Under the pieces are notes generated by a model. It saw only the letters and a list, made by a program, of their open reading frames with translations, made no database searches and had not been told where the DNA came from. A stretch of 64,000 bases of DNA from Longimicrobiales bacterium (GTDB lineage: Bacteria; Gemmatimonadota; Gemmatimonadetes; Longimicrobiales; Gaopeijiaceae): positions 2,496,001 through 2,560,000 of the forward strand of contig OZ241892.1 in assembly GCA_965203485.1 (NCBI GenBank), written 5' to 3'. Shown here in pieces: positions 28,682 to 36,973 of this stretch (its first letter is position 1; every line of letters starts with the position of its first letter). Both the position numbers and the translations under genes were made by a program.

Positions 28682-29365
28682 TTGAGCGCGGCCGCGGCCC
28701 CCCTATCGAGAAAGCGCCGGTTGCTGTTGCGGTTTCCCTTCTTGTATTCTTTGCCATCGGTTCGCTACGAAAGCAACTTGAAGGGCGTCGGCTTGCGAGA
28801 CATGTATGAACTGGCCGATCGCGTGACCTCGCTTCCCGGTGTGATCATCGAATGCGGATCGGCTCGCTGCGGATCCGCGATCTACCTGGCGAAGCACCTG
28901 AAAAAGCGAGGCCGCGCTCGTCAACTGTTCGCCTTGGACAGCTACGCCGGCTTTCGGAGGGACGAGCTGGCCCGCGAACGGGCCAAGGGACTTGCGAGCG
29001 TCCCCGACTGCACGTTCACCAACACGAGCTTCGAGTATGTTGTCGCCAAACTGCGCAAGCTGAACTTGACGGACAGGATTCGTCCCGTCCAAGGCTTCTT
29101 CCAGGACACCTTGGCGCCGCTTGTCGCCGAGGTGGGACAGGTGGCAATGGCCTTCATAGACTGCGACCTGGAAGAGAGCATGAGATTCTGCGCGGAAACG
29201 GTGTGGAGCCGAATTCCGTCCGGCGGCATTGTCGCGTTCGACGACTACGCCGAGCCGACCTTTCCAGGAAGCAAGCTGGCCATAGACGCCTTTGTTGCCG
29301 AGCGCCAACGCGAAATCGCGGATCATGGGCTCATGACCCGATTGTACTATGTGGAGAAGCGCTGA
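28682..29365 (+). CDS. TylF/MycF/NovP-like class I SAM methyltransferase, copy 2
   Basis: Same motifs with FIDCD; long near-identical DNA blocks offset 801 nt from copy 1. Confidence 0.85.
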   Translation: MSAAAAPLSRKRRLLLRFPFLYSLPSVRYESNLKGVGLRDMYELADRVTSLPGVIIECGSARCGSAIYLAKHLKKRGRARQLFALDSYAGFRRDELARERAKGLASVPDCTFTNTSFEYVVAKLRKLNLTDRIRPVQGFFQDTLAPLVAEVGQVAMAFIDCDLEESMRFCAETVWSRIPSGGIVAFDDYAEPTFPGSKLAIDAFVAERQREIADHGLMTRLYYVEKR

Positions 29366-29390
29366 ACGGCGCGGGCACGCGCCGGCCTCG

Positions 29391-30437
29391 ATGGCGTTGC
29401 CGGGCCGCGTGGGGCGCCGTCCGCTCTTGTCGGCGCCGCTTGGACCCCGCCGCCTTGCCCTGGCAACGCCGTTCGTGTTGCTCGCCGCCGCATGCGATTC
29501 GCCCGGCAACGCCGATGCCCGCCCGCCATCGTCCGATCCTTTCGGAGGCGTCCCCGCCGACGGGCCTCCGCCCGAAGTCGGTCCTCCTCCGCCCGGCTAC
29601 GTCCCCACGGCCGCAGGAGCGCCGTCCACCGACATCTGGATTGGCCGCCTGGAGCGGCCCGAAGGCCGCCGCTCGATCGCCGGCCTCCGAAACCTCACCG
29701 ACCGCGACGGCTACGACAACCAGCCTGCCTTCGCCCCGGACGGCGCGTCCCTCTACTTTGCGCGCGCCGTCGACGCCACGCAGACCGACGTGTTCCGCCA
29801 CGTCTTCGCCACCTCGGCCACCGAGCGCGTGACCCGCACGGAAACGGCCAGCGAGTTCTCGCCGACCTTCATCCCCGGCCAAGACGCGTTTTCCGCCATC
29901 CGGGAGCTGAACGGCCGCCAACACCTGTGGCGCTACGGCCCGGACGGCCAAGACCTGGGCGCCGTCTTCGCGACCGTCGAGCCCGTCGGCTATCACGCCT
30001 GGGCCGACGCGCGCACCGCCGTCCTGTTCGTGCTGGGCGAGCCCGCGTCCCTTTGGACGGCCGACGCCCTCGCCGGCGAAGCTCGCGCCGTCGCCGATCG
30101 CCCCGGCCGATCGCTCCACCGCATCCCGGGCACGCAGTCCGTCTCGTTCGTGCACAAGCCCCAGGACGCCCCGTGGCGAATCGAGCGGCTCGATCCGGCG
30201 ACGGGCGCCACGGAGGCGATCGCCGAGACCCTGCCCGGCCGCGAGGACTACGCCTGGACCCCGGACGGGAGCATCCTCATGGCCGACGGCGCCGTGCTGC
30301 ACCAGTGGACCCGCGCAAACGGGTGGGCGCCCCTGGCCGACCTGGCGGGCGACGGAGGCGGAGACATCTCGCGCATCGCCGTCGCACCGGACGGAACCCG
30401 ACTGGCCCTGACAAGGGAGCGGGCCCCCTCGCCTTGA
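29391..30437 (+). CDS. TolB-like (PD40) beta-propeller lipoprotein
   Basis: LAAAC lipobox; GYDNQPAFAPDG, SEFSPT, PVGYHAW, ISRIAVAPDG. Confidence 0.8.
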   Translation: MALPGRVGRRPLLSAPLGPRRLALATPFVLLAAACDSPGNADARPPSSDPFGGVPADGPPPEVGPPPPGYVPTAAGAPSTDIWIGRLERPEGRRSIAGLRNLTDRDGYDNQPAFAPDGASLYFARAVDATQTDVFRHVFATSATERVTRTETASEFSPTFIPGQDAFSAIRELNGRQHLWRYGPDGQDLGAVFATVEPVGYHAWADARTAVLFVLGEPASLWTADALAGEARAVADRPGRSLHRIPGTQSVSFVHKPQDAPWRIERLDPATGATEAIAETLPGREDYAWTPDGSILMADGAVLHQWTRANGWAPLADLAGDGGGDISRIAVAPDGTRLALTRERAPSP

Positions 30438-30723
30438 CGGGCGTCCGGCTGAAGGCCGATCCGCACTTGGAGCCCGCCGCGCGGCTCGTCTACGGCGGCG
30501 ACGGGCGACGCCACCAGCGCAATGGCGTCGAGGTGGTGCCGTGAGACGCGGTTCAAGAAGTGGAGTGGGCGTAGCCGCAGGATGTCGACTGCGCCGCGAC
30601 GGTTCCCGTTTGGAGCGGAGGCGCACGCTTGGCCGAAATCGGGCTCGCGCCCGTGGAGGCCGACATCGACGCGGAATCGCTCGGAGTAACGGCGGCCTCG
30701 CGTCCGAGTCGGTAATTGTCGCT

Positions 30724-30748
30724 ATATTTGCATTTGGAATGCCAATAT
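30724..30748. promoter_or_regulatory. AT-rich inverted repeat, putative operator
   Basis: ATATTTGCATT-TGG-AATGCCAATAT (10/11 matches), 29 nt before the ATG at 30778. Confidence 0.55.
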
Positions 30749-30777
30749 GCACGCCCTCCTTCGCCTTCCGACTCGTC

Positions 30778-32001
30778 ATGGCCAAGTACATCCGCCGCGC
30801 CCTCGAACGGACGCTCGCCCAGGCCGCCTCGGAGTTTCCGGCAGTCGTCGTCACCGGACCGCGACAGTCGGGCAAGACTACGCTCCTCAGGCGATGGGCC
30901 GGAGGCGACTACGGGTACGTTTCGCTGGAGCTGCCCGACGTTCGCGCCGTCGCAACCGAAGACCCGCGAACGTTCCTGGCCCGGCATCTGCCGCCGGTGA
31001 TCTTCGACGAGGTCCAATGGGCGCCCGAACTCCTCTTCTACGTGAAGGAGCGGATTGACGAGCACCGGGACGAGCCGGGGCAGTTCCTGCTCACCGGCTC
31101 GCAAGACCTGCTTCTGACCGCGCAGGTCGCCGAGTCCTTGGCTGGACGCGCGGCCGTGCTTCGTCTGCTGCCCCTGTCAAGGCGGGAAGCCGAGCCGGGC
31201 CGACTGCATGCGCCCTTTCTCTGGGAGGCCGAAGAAGCCACGGGCCCAGGCGGTGCCGCGACGCCGACCGAGCTTTGGCGCGAGTTCCTCCGCGGCTGCT
31301 ACCCCGAACTCGCGGCCAACCCGAGGCGTGACGCTTCGCTGTGGCACTCGGGCTACGTCCAGACCTACTTGGAACGAGACGTCCGCAACCTTCGCCGAGT
31401 CGGAGACCTTTCCCAGTTCCAGAGCTTTCTCCGCGCTCTCGCCGCCCGAAGCGGACAGCTTCTGAACGCAAGCGACCTCGCCCGCGACCTGGGCGTCGCC
31501 ACGAACACCATACGCGCCTGGCTGTCCGTGCTCGAAGCGACTCACCAGATCGCGTTCGTGCGCCCCTACTTCGCCAACATCGGCAAGCGCCTAGTGAAGT
31601 CCCCCAAAGTCTACTTCACGGACACCGGCATCCTCTGTCACCTCACCGGCCTTCGCGATCCGGAGCACGCGGCGGCAGGCCCGATGGCCGGGGCGATCAT
31701 GGAGACCGCTGTGCTCGCGGAGATCCGCAAGACCCTCGCCAACCGCGGCGTCGACGCCCCCATCTACTTCTGGCGCACGGCGACGGGCGTCGAAGTGGAC
31801 TTCCTTGTCCAAGTCGCCGACCAGCTCGTCCCCGTGGAGGTGAAGAAGACGGCGACGCCCCGTCCAGCAATGGCCCGGCCCATACAAGCCATGCAGAAGG
31901 ATCTCGGAGACCGAGCCGGCCACGGCTACGTCGTGCACGCGGGCGCCGGCCGGACGCCGTTGGGCCAAGGGGTCACCGCCGCCGGATTCTCCGAGCTGTA
32001 G
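30778..32001 (+). CDS. AAA_14 ATPase with DUF4143 domain
   Basis: GPRQSGKTT, FDEVQ, LTGS, ESLAGR, YLERDV, KSPKVYFTDTG, EVDF...VEVK. Confidence 0.93.
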   Translation: MAKYIRRALERTLAQAASEFPAVVVTGPRQSGKTTLLRRWAGGDYGYVSLELPDVRAVATEDPRTFLARHLPPVIFDEVQWAPELLFYVKERIDEHRDEPGQFLLTGSQDLLLTAQVAESLAGRAAVLRLLPLSRREAEPGRLHAPFLWEAEEATGPGGAATPTELWREFLRGCYPELAANPRRDASLWHSGYVQTYLERDVRNLRRVGDLSQFQSFLRALAARSGQLLNASDLARDLGVATNTIRAWLSVLEATHQIAFVRPYFANIGKRLVKSPKVYFTDTGILCHLTGLRDPEHAAAGPMAGAIMETAVLAEIRKTLANRGVDAPIYFWRTATGVEVDFLVQVADQLVPVEVKKTATPRPAMARPIQAMQKDLGDRAGHGYVVHAGAGRTPLGQGVTAAGFSEL

Positions 32002-32049
32002 TCTGGGCGCAGGTCCATTGCGGAGAGCCCGGCGCGCCAACACGATGAG

Positions 32050-32907
32050 CTAGGCGGCCGACCCCTGCCAAGGCGCGTGCTCCAGCGACCGGCGCAATCC
32101 AAGACGGGCAAGGCCTGTGGCCACTTCCCTCACGTCTGCCGGCTGCAGGCGGCCGTTCTCGCGCAAGCGCGCCCTTAAGTGCGACACGATCGCGGCTCGA
32201 GCCTTGGGCTGAGAAATGACGGTCACTTGCTTGACGCCCAACATCGCCAGCGTCTCCCAAGTCTGCCGGTTCACGTGAAGAACGCTGTGGGCCTCGTTCG
32301 CGGATATGTCCGCGCCAGCGACGCGCGCCACTTCTTCTGCCACATGGCCTCGCCACCAAGCGCGAGCAAGCGGGCAATCCGAGAAGACCGAAGTCTTGCC
32401 CCGCACATGGGGAATGCCGCCCGTGTGCCGGAGGAAGTTTCGAGTCTTCGCCTCCAGGTCCGTGCCCCGCCGGCTGCCGAGCGCCGCCTCCAACCGATGA
32501 CCGGCTTGACCGAAGCGTCCTTGTTCAATCCACTCGACGTGGCATAGCAACCAGTACACGGGCCGCGACGCGAACCGGGGCCCTATTAGTCCGCTCCAAG
32601 TCGCCCACAGCTCGCGTTCCAGCTCTACCGGCGGGGTCTGGCACTCGTCGGGCGTCAGCTCGGGGCGCGGTAGTTCCGGCGCACCGATCGCCTTTCTGCC
32701 GGTATGCAGGCTCTTCCTCAGGTAGGCCCCGAGTCCTTCGTGTCCCCCCTTGATCGCCGACTGCAACTCCTCTTGCCGTTCTCGAATCGGCTTCCAGACG
32801 TGCCGGTTCCGTTCTCCCGGCTTGCCGTGGCGCTTTGGTTCGAAAACGATCCCCCGTTGCCAGTTGCTGAACTTCGGACTGGCGGCGTCGATCAGCGCGC
32901 TATTCAC
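32050..32907 (-). CDS. Hypothetical protein, last gene of candidate defence operon (DUF6339-like motif)
   Basis: GTG overlaps the upstream stop, with GGAG RBS. ASRPVYWLLCH and CPLARAWW segments recall DUF6339 (recollection only). Confidence 0.7.
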   Translation of the reverse strand: MNSALIDAASPKFSNWQRGIVFEPKRHGKPGERNRHVWKPIRERQEELQSAIKGGHEGLGAYLRKSLHTGRKAIGAPELPRPELTPDECQTPPVELERELWATWSGLIGPRFASRPVYWLLCHVEWIEQGRFGQAGHRLEAALGSRRGTDLEAKTRNFLRHTGGIPHVRGKTSVFSDCPLARAWWRGHVAEEVARVAGADISANEAHSVLHVNRQTWETLAMLGVKQVTVISQPKARAAIVSHLRARLRENGRLQPADVREVATGLARLGLRRSLEHAPWQGSAA

Positions 32908-33700
32908 CGTCTTCTCCACCCAATGCCGCACGCCACCGGAAGGGCTCAAGCAACGTGGCCACCAAGGCAGGATCGTAGCTCTCCAGATCGTCCCACAAGC
33001 TGATGCCGGGCCGCATGCCTTCCAGGCGGTCGCGAAGCATTCGCGCCAGCGGAAGCTCGTCCTCTTCGTCGTCGCATTGGAACTCGCGTCGAAAGTGCGC
33101 ACAGGCTCCGACGAGCGCGGCGATCCTCACGGGTCGGTCGTCGCGATGCTCGTAGACGTCGGACGCCATGTTGACCACGAAGCGGAAGTGGCCGCTGCCG
33201 TGATCCGGCGCCACTGCCATCCGGCCCCTCTCCAAGTCGTCCGCGTGCCGAAACGTGAACAGCGACTCAAGCAACGCGTTGGCCCGCCACGTGTCTCCCT
33301 TGGCCAACCAGTAGCCGCACGGCACACGAAGCTCGCCGACGCCCTCATAAACGGAACTCAGGCCCGTTGCGTGCAACGAGAGGTCCTTGGTGGCCACGAG
33401 TCCCGGCACGACGAATATGTCGCCGTCCACGTCGTTGAAGTCCCACTTGACGACCTGGCTGGCGTTCGGGGACGTCTCGGTCTTCGCCATGAGGGTCTTC
33501 GGGCAACGGACGTCGACGCCCCAGGCCGCGTCCCCGCTGTCGATCAGCCGTTCCAAGGCCGGGGCCTTCGACAGGCGATGAATCACCGTTGCCTGTCCGG
33601 CGCCGACATTGACGTTGGTCTCGTACGCGGCCTCGGTCCAGTCCATCCGAGAGCCGTCTTCGAGGAGAAGGGGCAGGGAATCGGCGGTGTGGTCAGTCAT
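32900..33700 (-). CDS. Hypothetical protein of candidate defence operon
   Basis: 266-aa ORF overlapping both neighbours by 8 nt; LIDSGDAAWGVDVRCPKT segment. Confidence 0.8.
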   Translation of the reverse strand: MTDHTADSLPLLLEDGSRMDWTEAAYETNVNVGAGQATVIHRLSKAPALERLIDSGDAAWGVDVRCPKTLMAKTETSPNASQVVKWDFNDVDGDIFVVPGLVATKDLSLHATGLSSVYEGVGELRVPCGYWLAKGDTWRANALLESLFTFRHADDLERGRMAVAPDHGSGHFRFVVNMASDVYEHRDDRPVRIAALVGACAHFRREFQCDDEEDELPLARMLRDRLEGMRPGISLWDDLESYDPALVATLLEPFRWRAALGGEDGE

Positions 33701-35633
33701 TGGAGGCTCCGGCGGATTCGGCGGGACAACCGGTCGGCGGATCGGCCGTCCGCCGCCGGACAAGGTCTATTTCCACGGCGTTGGCATCCCGGACGGGATC
33801 GGCGAGGATCACGGCAAAGTCGCGACAGTCCGCAGGCAAATTCGTCTCGAAGCCGTCGTCTCGCGGCCGAGCCACGCCGTCGTCGAACCGAACCTCGGCG
33901 ATGCGAAGCCAAGTCGGCGACAGCGGCGCCTCGCAGGTCTCGTCGGAGCCGGAGGGAACTCGCACCCTGACCCCCAAGTTGTCCTTTGCGGACAAGACTG
34001 CCGTCGGTTGCCAGGCAACGCGTATCTCGTGGATGCTCCCTTCTGCGCCGGGCGCGACCCGCCATGACAGCCGACCCGGCGCGCCTCGCCCCGGCTTGGG
34101 CGCGGCGCCGGCCTTCTGCTTCCGCTTCTTGCCCTTTCTGTCCGGCGGATCGTTCGATTCGTCGTTGTCCGCCTTGCCCATCGCCGTGATGCGCTTCCGG
34201 CCCGTGCCCGCTCGCGGCCGGTACTTCCCCACCCTTTCGGCCCCACGGTTGCCGCCTCCCCACATGGCGAAGTCGCCGGGAGTGTATTCCATGGACTCAT
34301 CTTCCTTGCCGGCCTTCGATCTCAGTTCGTCAGCGATCTGCCGAAGGGCGGCGAGCAGCTTCTTGTTGTCTTCAGAACCGAGCCGGCCCCTGTTCAGGCC
34401 TCGATGCTCCGGCCCTTCGGCATCGCGCACCAGACGCGCCAGTTCGCCCGACTCGACCACAACCACTGCGGCGATGGGCTTGTTCCCCCCAAAATGCCGG
34501 GGTTCCAGTTCGTCGGCATTGTTGGCGATCCACATGCCGCTACGAAACACTTGCACCTGCGACTTCGGCTTGTCGTGTTGCGAGTCCAGGGACAAGACAT
34601 GCGCTTCGGCGCCCGAGGCCAACGCAAACCGTTCTCCCTTCTCGAGCGTTTCCCACGCTTGGTACGCTTGTGCACCCGGGAACCAGCCTCCCTTTTGCTC
34701 GCCCCTCTTCTTAAGCCGGTCGTGTTCGAGAATCGCACCCAACGTGTCTCGGTCGACGACCGTCTCGCTTTCTTCGCCACGACGAATCGTCACCGTCATT
34801 CTTCTCTGCCAGATGGCCACCAAGAAGTTCTTCGCCGCAACGCGGGCGATGGCCGAAACGGGATCGGCGTCGTCGATCCGGAAGTTGTTGAAGCCGGTGA
34901 TGCACACTACGGTGCCCGTGTCGTCGAGGCGGTCGAGTTCGCGAGCGAGCAAGGGCGGCGCGCAGTCGGGATACTTCGCGTCGAAGAGAGACGGGACGCT
35001 GTTCGGGTCCCTGCGGCGAAGCCAGTATCCGTGGCCGCCACGCTTGTCCTTCCTGTACGACGCCAGGATGGCGTGACCGCTAGCCACGTCCCGCAAGCTT
35101 CCGCCAGAATCCCTTGATCGCCCGGCGTACAGCACATAGCGAAGATCCGACGCGGCGAAGGCCGTCAGATGACCCACTCCAAAGGCTCCCGCGCCGACTT
35201 CGTCCTTAGCGGTGTTGCCTTCGGTCAGAACCCTTTCAATGCTTTCGTGGTCAAGTCCTACGCCGTTGTCCCGGCAGAACAAGAGGCGAACGGTCGCCCC
35301 CCCCCCCCCCCCGTTTTTCAAAACTCGCCTAATCCTGTCAATCACCCGCTTCTCCGAAACGCTCTGCTTCCCCTGTTCCCGCTCGGCGACTGCTTGGTCG
35401 AAGTGATCGCGATACGAGTCGATGCCCGGCACCTCGTCCAACGGCACTTCCTTGACGGAGAAGACCACCTCGGCGGTCCGGCGGTCGGCTTCGCCCGCGG
35501 CGTCCAAGGAGTTCTGCAGGAGTTCGCGAACGACGGGCTCCGGGTTGGCGGCCCACTGTGTCGTGGCAAGAGTCGAGAAGCCCTGAACGGGGCCTTCGAA
35601 GTACAGATCGTCCCCGTGAGAGCGAGCAACCAT
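33693..35633 (-). CDS. GHKL (MutL/Hsp90/MORC-like) ATPase domain protein
   Basis: RELLQNSLDA (motif I), DNGVG (II), GAFGVG (III), GTVVCI (IV); large unassigned C-terminal part. Confidence 0.85.
   Translation of the reverse strand: MVARSHGDDLYFEGPVQGFSTLATTQWAANPEPVVRELLQNSLDAAGEADRRTAEVVFSVKEVPLDEVPGIDSYRDHFDQAVAEREQGKQSVSEKRVIDRIRRVLKNGGGGGATVRLLFCRDNGVGLDHESIERVLTEGNTAKDEVGAGAFGVGHLTAFAASDLRYVLYAGRSRDSGGSLRDVASGHAILASYRKDKRGGHGYWLRRRDPNSVPSLFDAKYPDCAPPLLARELDRLDDTGTVVCITGFNNFRIDDADPVSAIARVAAKNFLVAIWQRRMTVTIRRGEESETVVDRDTLGAILEHDRLKKRGEQKGGWFPGAQAYQAWETLEKGERFALASGAEAHVLSLDSQHDKPKSQVQVFRSGMWIANNADELEPRHFGGNKPIAAVVVVESGELARLVRDAEGPEHRGLNRGRLGSEDNKKLLAALRQIADELRSKAGKEDESMEYTPGDFAMWGGGNRGAERVGKYRPRAGTGRKRITAMGKADNDESNDPPDRKGKKRKQKAGAAPKPGRGAPGRLSWRVAPGAEGSIHEIRVAWQPTAVLSAKDNLGVRVRVPSGSDETCEAPLSPTWLRIAEVRFDDGVARPRDDGFETNLPADCRDFAVILADPVRDANAVEIDLVRRRTADPPTGCPAESAGASND
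35297..35312. repeat. Homopolymer G16 (coding strand) inside the GHKL gene
   Basis: 16 C on the + strand, translated as NGGGGGA; frame currently intact. Confidence 0.9.
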
Positions 35634-35646
35634 TTGGCGTCGGTCC

Positions 35647-36954
35647 CTAGTCGGTGCAGTCGCAGGCAGGTGCGCCCGTGGCGTAGCGGCCCAGGTCGGG
35701 CGCGTTCCCCCGGGCAATCTCGGCAAAGGTCGGGCCCCTCACGCCGAAGAAGCCGAATCGCGTGGTCCCCTCGCCGCTGCGCGCGGCCACCTTGCGCTGG
35801 TAGCGCTCCTCCATCTCGATCCACCATCCAATGTCGGAAGGCGCACCGGTTTGCCGCCCGGGGTCGGCCGCGTGGGCGGCCTTCGCAAGAAACCGCGTGC
35901 CCTTCATGAAGCAGAAGACGCAGTTGCCCGCGTGGTCCGGTCCGCCCAAGTCGAAGTTGCGGTCCTTCCAGAAGCCGCGAACCGCAGTGGCGTCGAACCC
36001 CCAGTCCGCCAGCGGAAAGCAGGGATGTTCGCCGGGGGGTTGCGTGTGAACCGAGCAGGACTTGCTGGCGCCCTCCGCGAAGAACGACCGGGAGTTGATC
36101 TTGGCGATGCGCCTGTCCTCGTCGGCGCGCAGGCCCAGCGCCGTCACGTGTTCGGCCGCGCCGGCTCCCCACATCGGCGCTGGGCCGGACGGCGCTTCGC
36201 GGTTCGGGACCGGGGCATCCGTGTAGTCGTGCCAGCGTTGGGCGGGCCGGGCAACGGGACCTCGAGTCATGCACTGCACGCGGTCTCGGTAAGCGTCGTC
36301 CGACGCCGATCCTCGGTTTCGGCGGTACTGGACCAATGCCGAGTCCGGCGTGACGTAGCGACGGTCGCCGTAGTGGCCGGCGTGCTCGGGACCGTCGGTG
36401 GCGCCCAGCCACTCGGAGAGCAGCTGGTGCGACGGATAGAGCTTCAGCTTCGCCGTGCACGACCGGCTGTGAGGGTTGGACAACATGCCCTGGTACGAGA
36501 GCATCTCCTCGAAGACCTCCCCGCTGGACCGAAATCCACGCGGGTCGTCCTCCACGGGCTCGGACCGCACCAGCCGGTACGAAGGACGGCGGACGTAGAC
36601 TCCCCGCGAGGCGTCCTCCACAGTGCAGAACTCGAACCAGAAGAACGGAATGCCGAAGTCGTGCTCGAGGCGGCGCTTGCATTCGCGGGCGAAGTCGTAG
36701 GTGGCCGGATGCTCCGCCGAGGTGTTCGCGAACAGAACGACGTCTCCGCGCTCGGGATCGAGAAGGCCATCCTCCGCCAGCAGGAACGCCAGCGCGGCCG
36801 AAGAGCGTCCGCCCGAAAACTTGACGACGTGCGGAAGCGGCTCGTGCTCGGGGGCGCGCGAGCGGATTGCCCTGGCGCGGGGGACTCGGGCGGGACGGAT
36901 CAAGCGACGGCGACGTGACGTGATGATGGGACCGTGACGAGCGGACAATCTCAA
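35647..36954 (-). CDS. PAPS-reductase-like PP-loop (adenine nucleotide alpha hydrolase) protein (start uncertain)
   Basis: FSGGRSS PP-loop, FANTSAEHPATYDF, CTAKLK, GLRADE..R, FPL, GNCVFC, C-terminal CDCTD. Confidence 0.85.
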   Translation of the reverse strand: MRLSARHGPIITSRRRRLIRPARVPRARAIRSRAPEHEPLPHVVKFSGGRSSAALAFLLAEDGLLDPERGDVVLFANTSAEHPATYDFARECKRRLEHDFGIPFFWFEFCTVEDASRGVYVRRPSYRLVRSEPVEDDPRGFRSSGEVFEEMLSYQGMLSNPHSRSCTAKLKLYPSHQLLSEWLGATDGPEHAGHYGDRRYVTPDSALVQYRRNRGSASDDAYRDRVQCMTRGPVARPAQRWHDYTDAPVPNREAPSGPAPMWGAGAAEHVTALGLRADEDRRIAKINSRSFFAEGASKSCSVHTQPPGEHPCFPLADWGFDATAVRGFWKDRNFDLGGPDHAGNCVFCFMKGTRFLAKAAHAADPGRQTGAPSDIGWWIEMEERYQRKVAARSGEGTTRFGFFGVRGPTFAEIARGNAPDLGRYATGAPACDCTD

Positions 36955-36973
36955 ACGTAGGGCAGGACGCCGA

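Noticed and set aside
32050..36954. Calling the operon a Dnd or Ssp phosphorothioation system
   Set aside because: Only a PAPS-reductase-like gene is present; no recognisable DndB/D/E, SspB/C/E or desulfurase.
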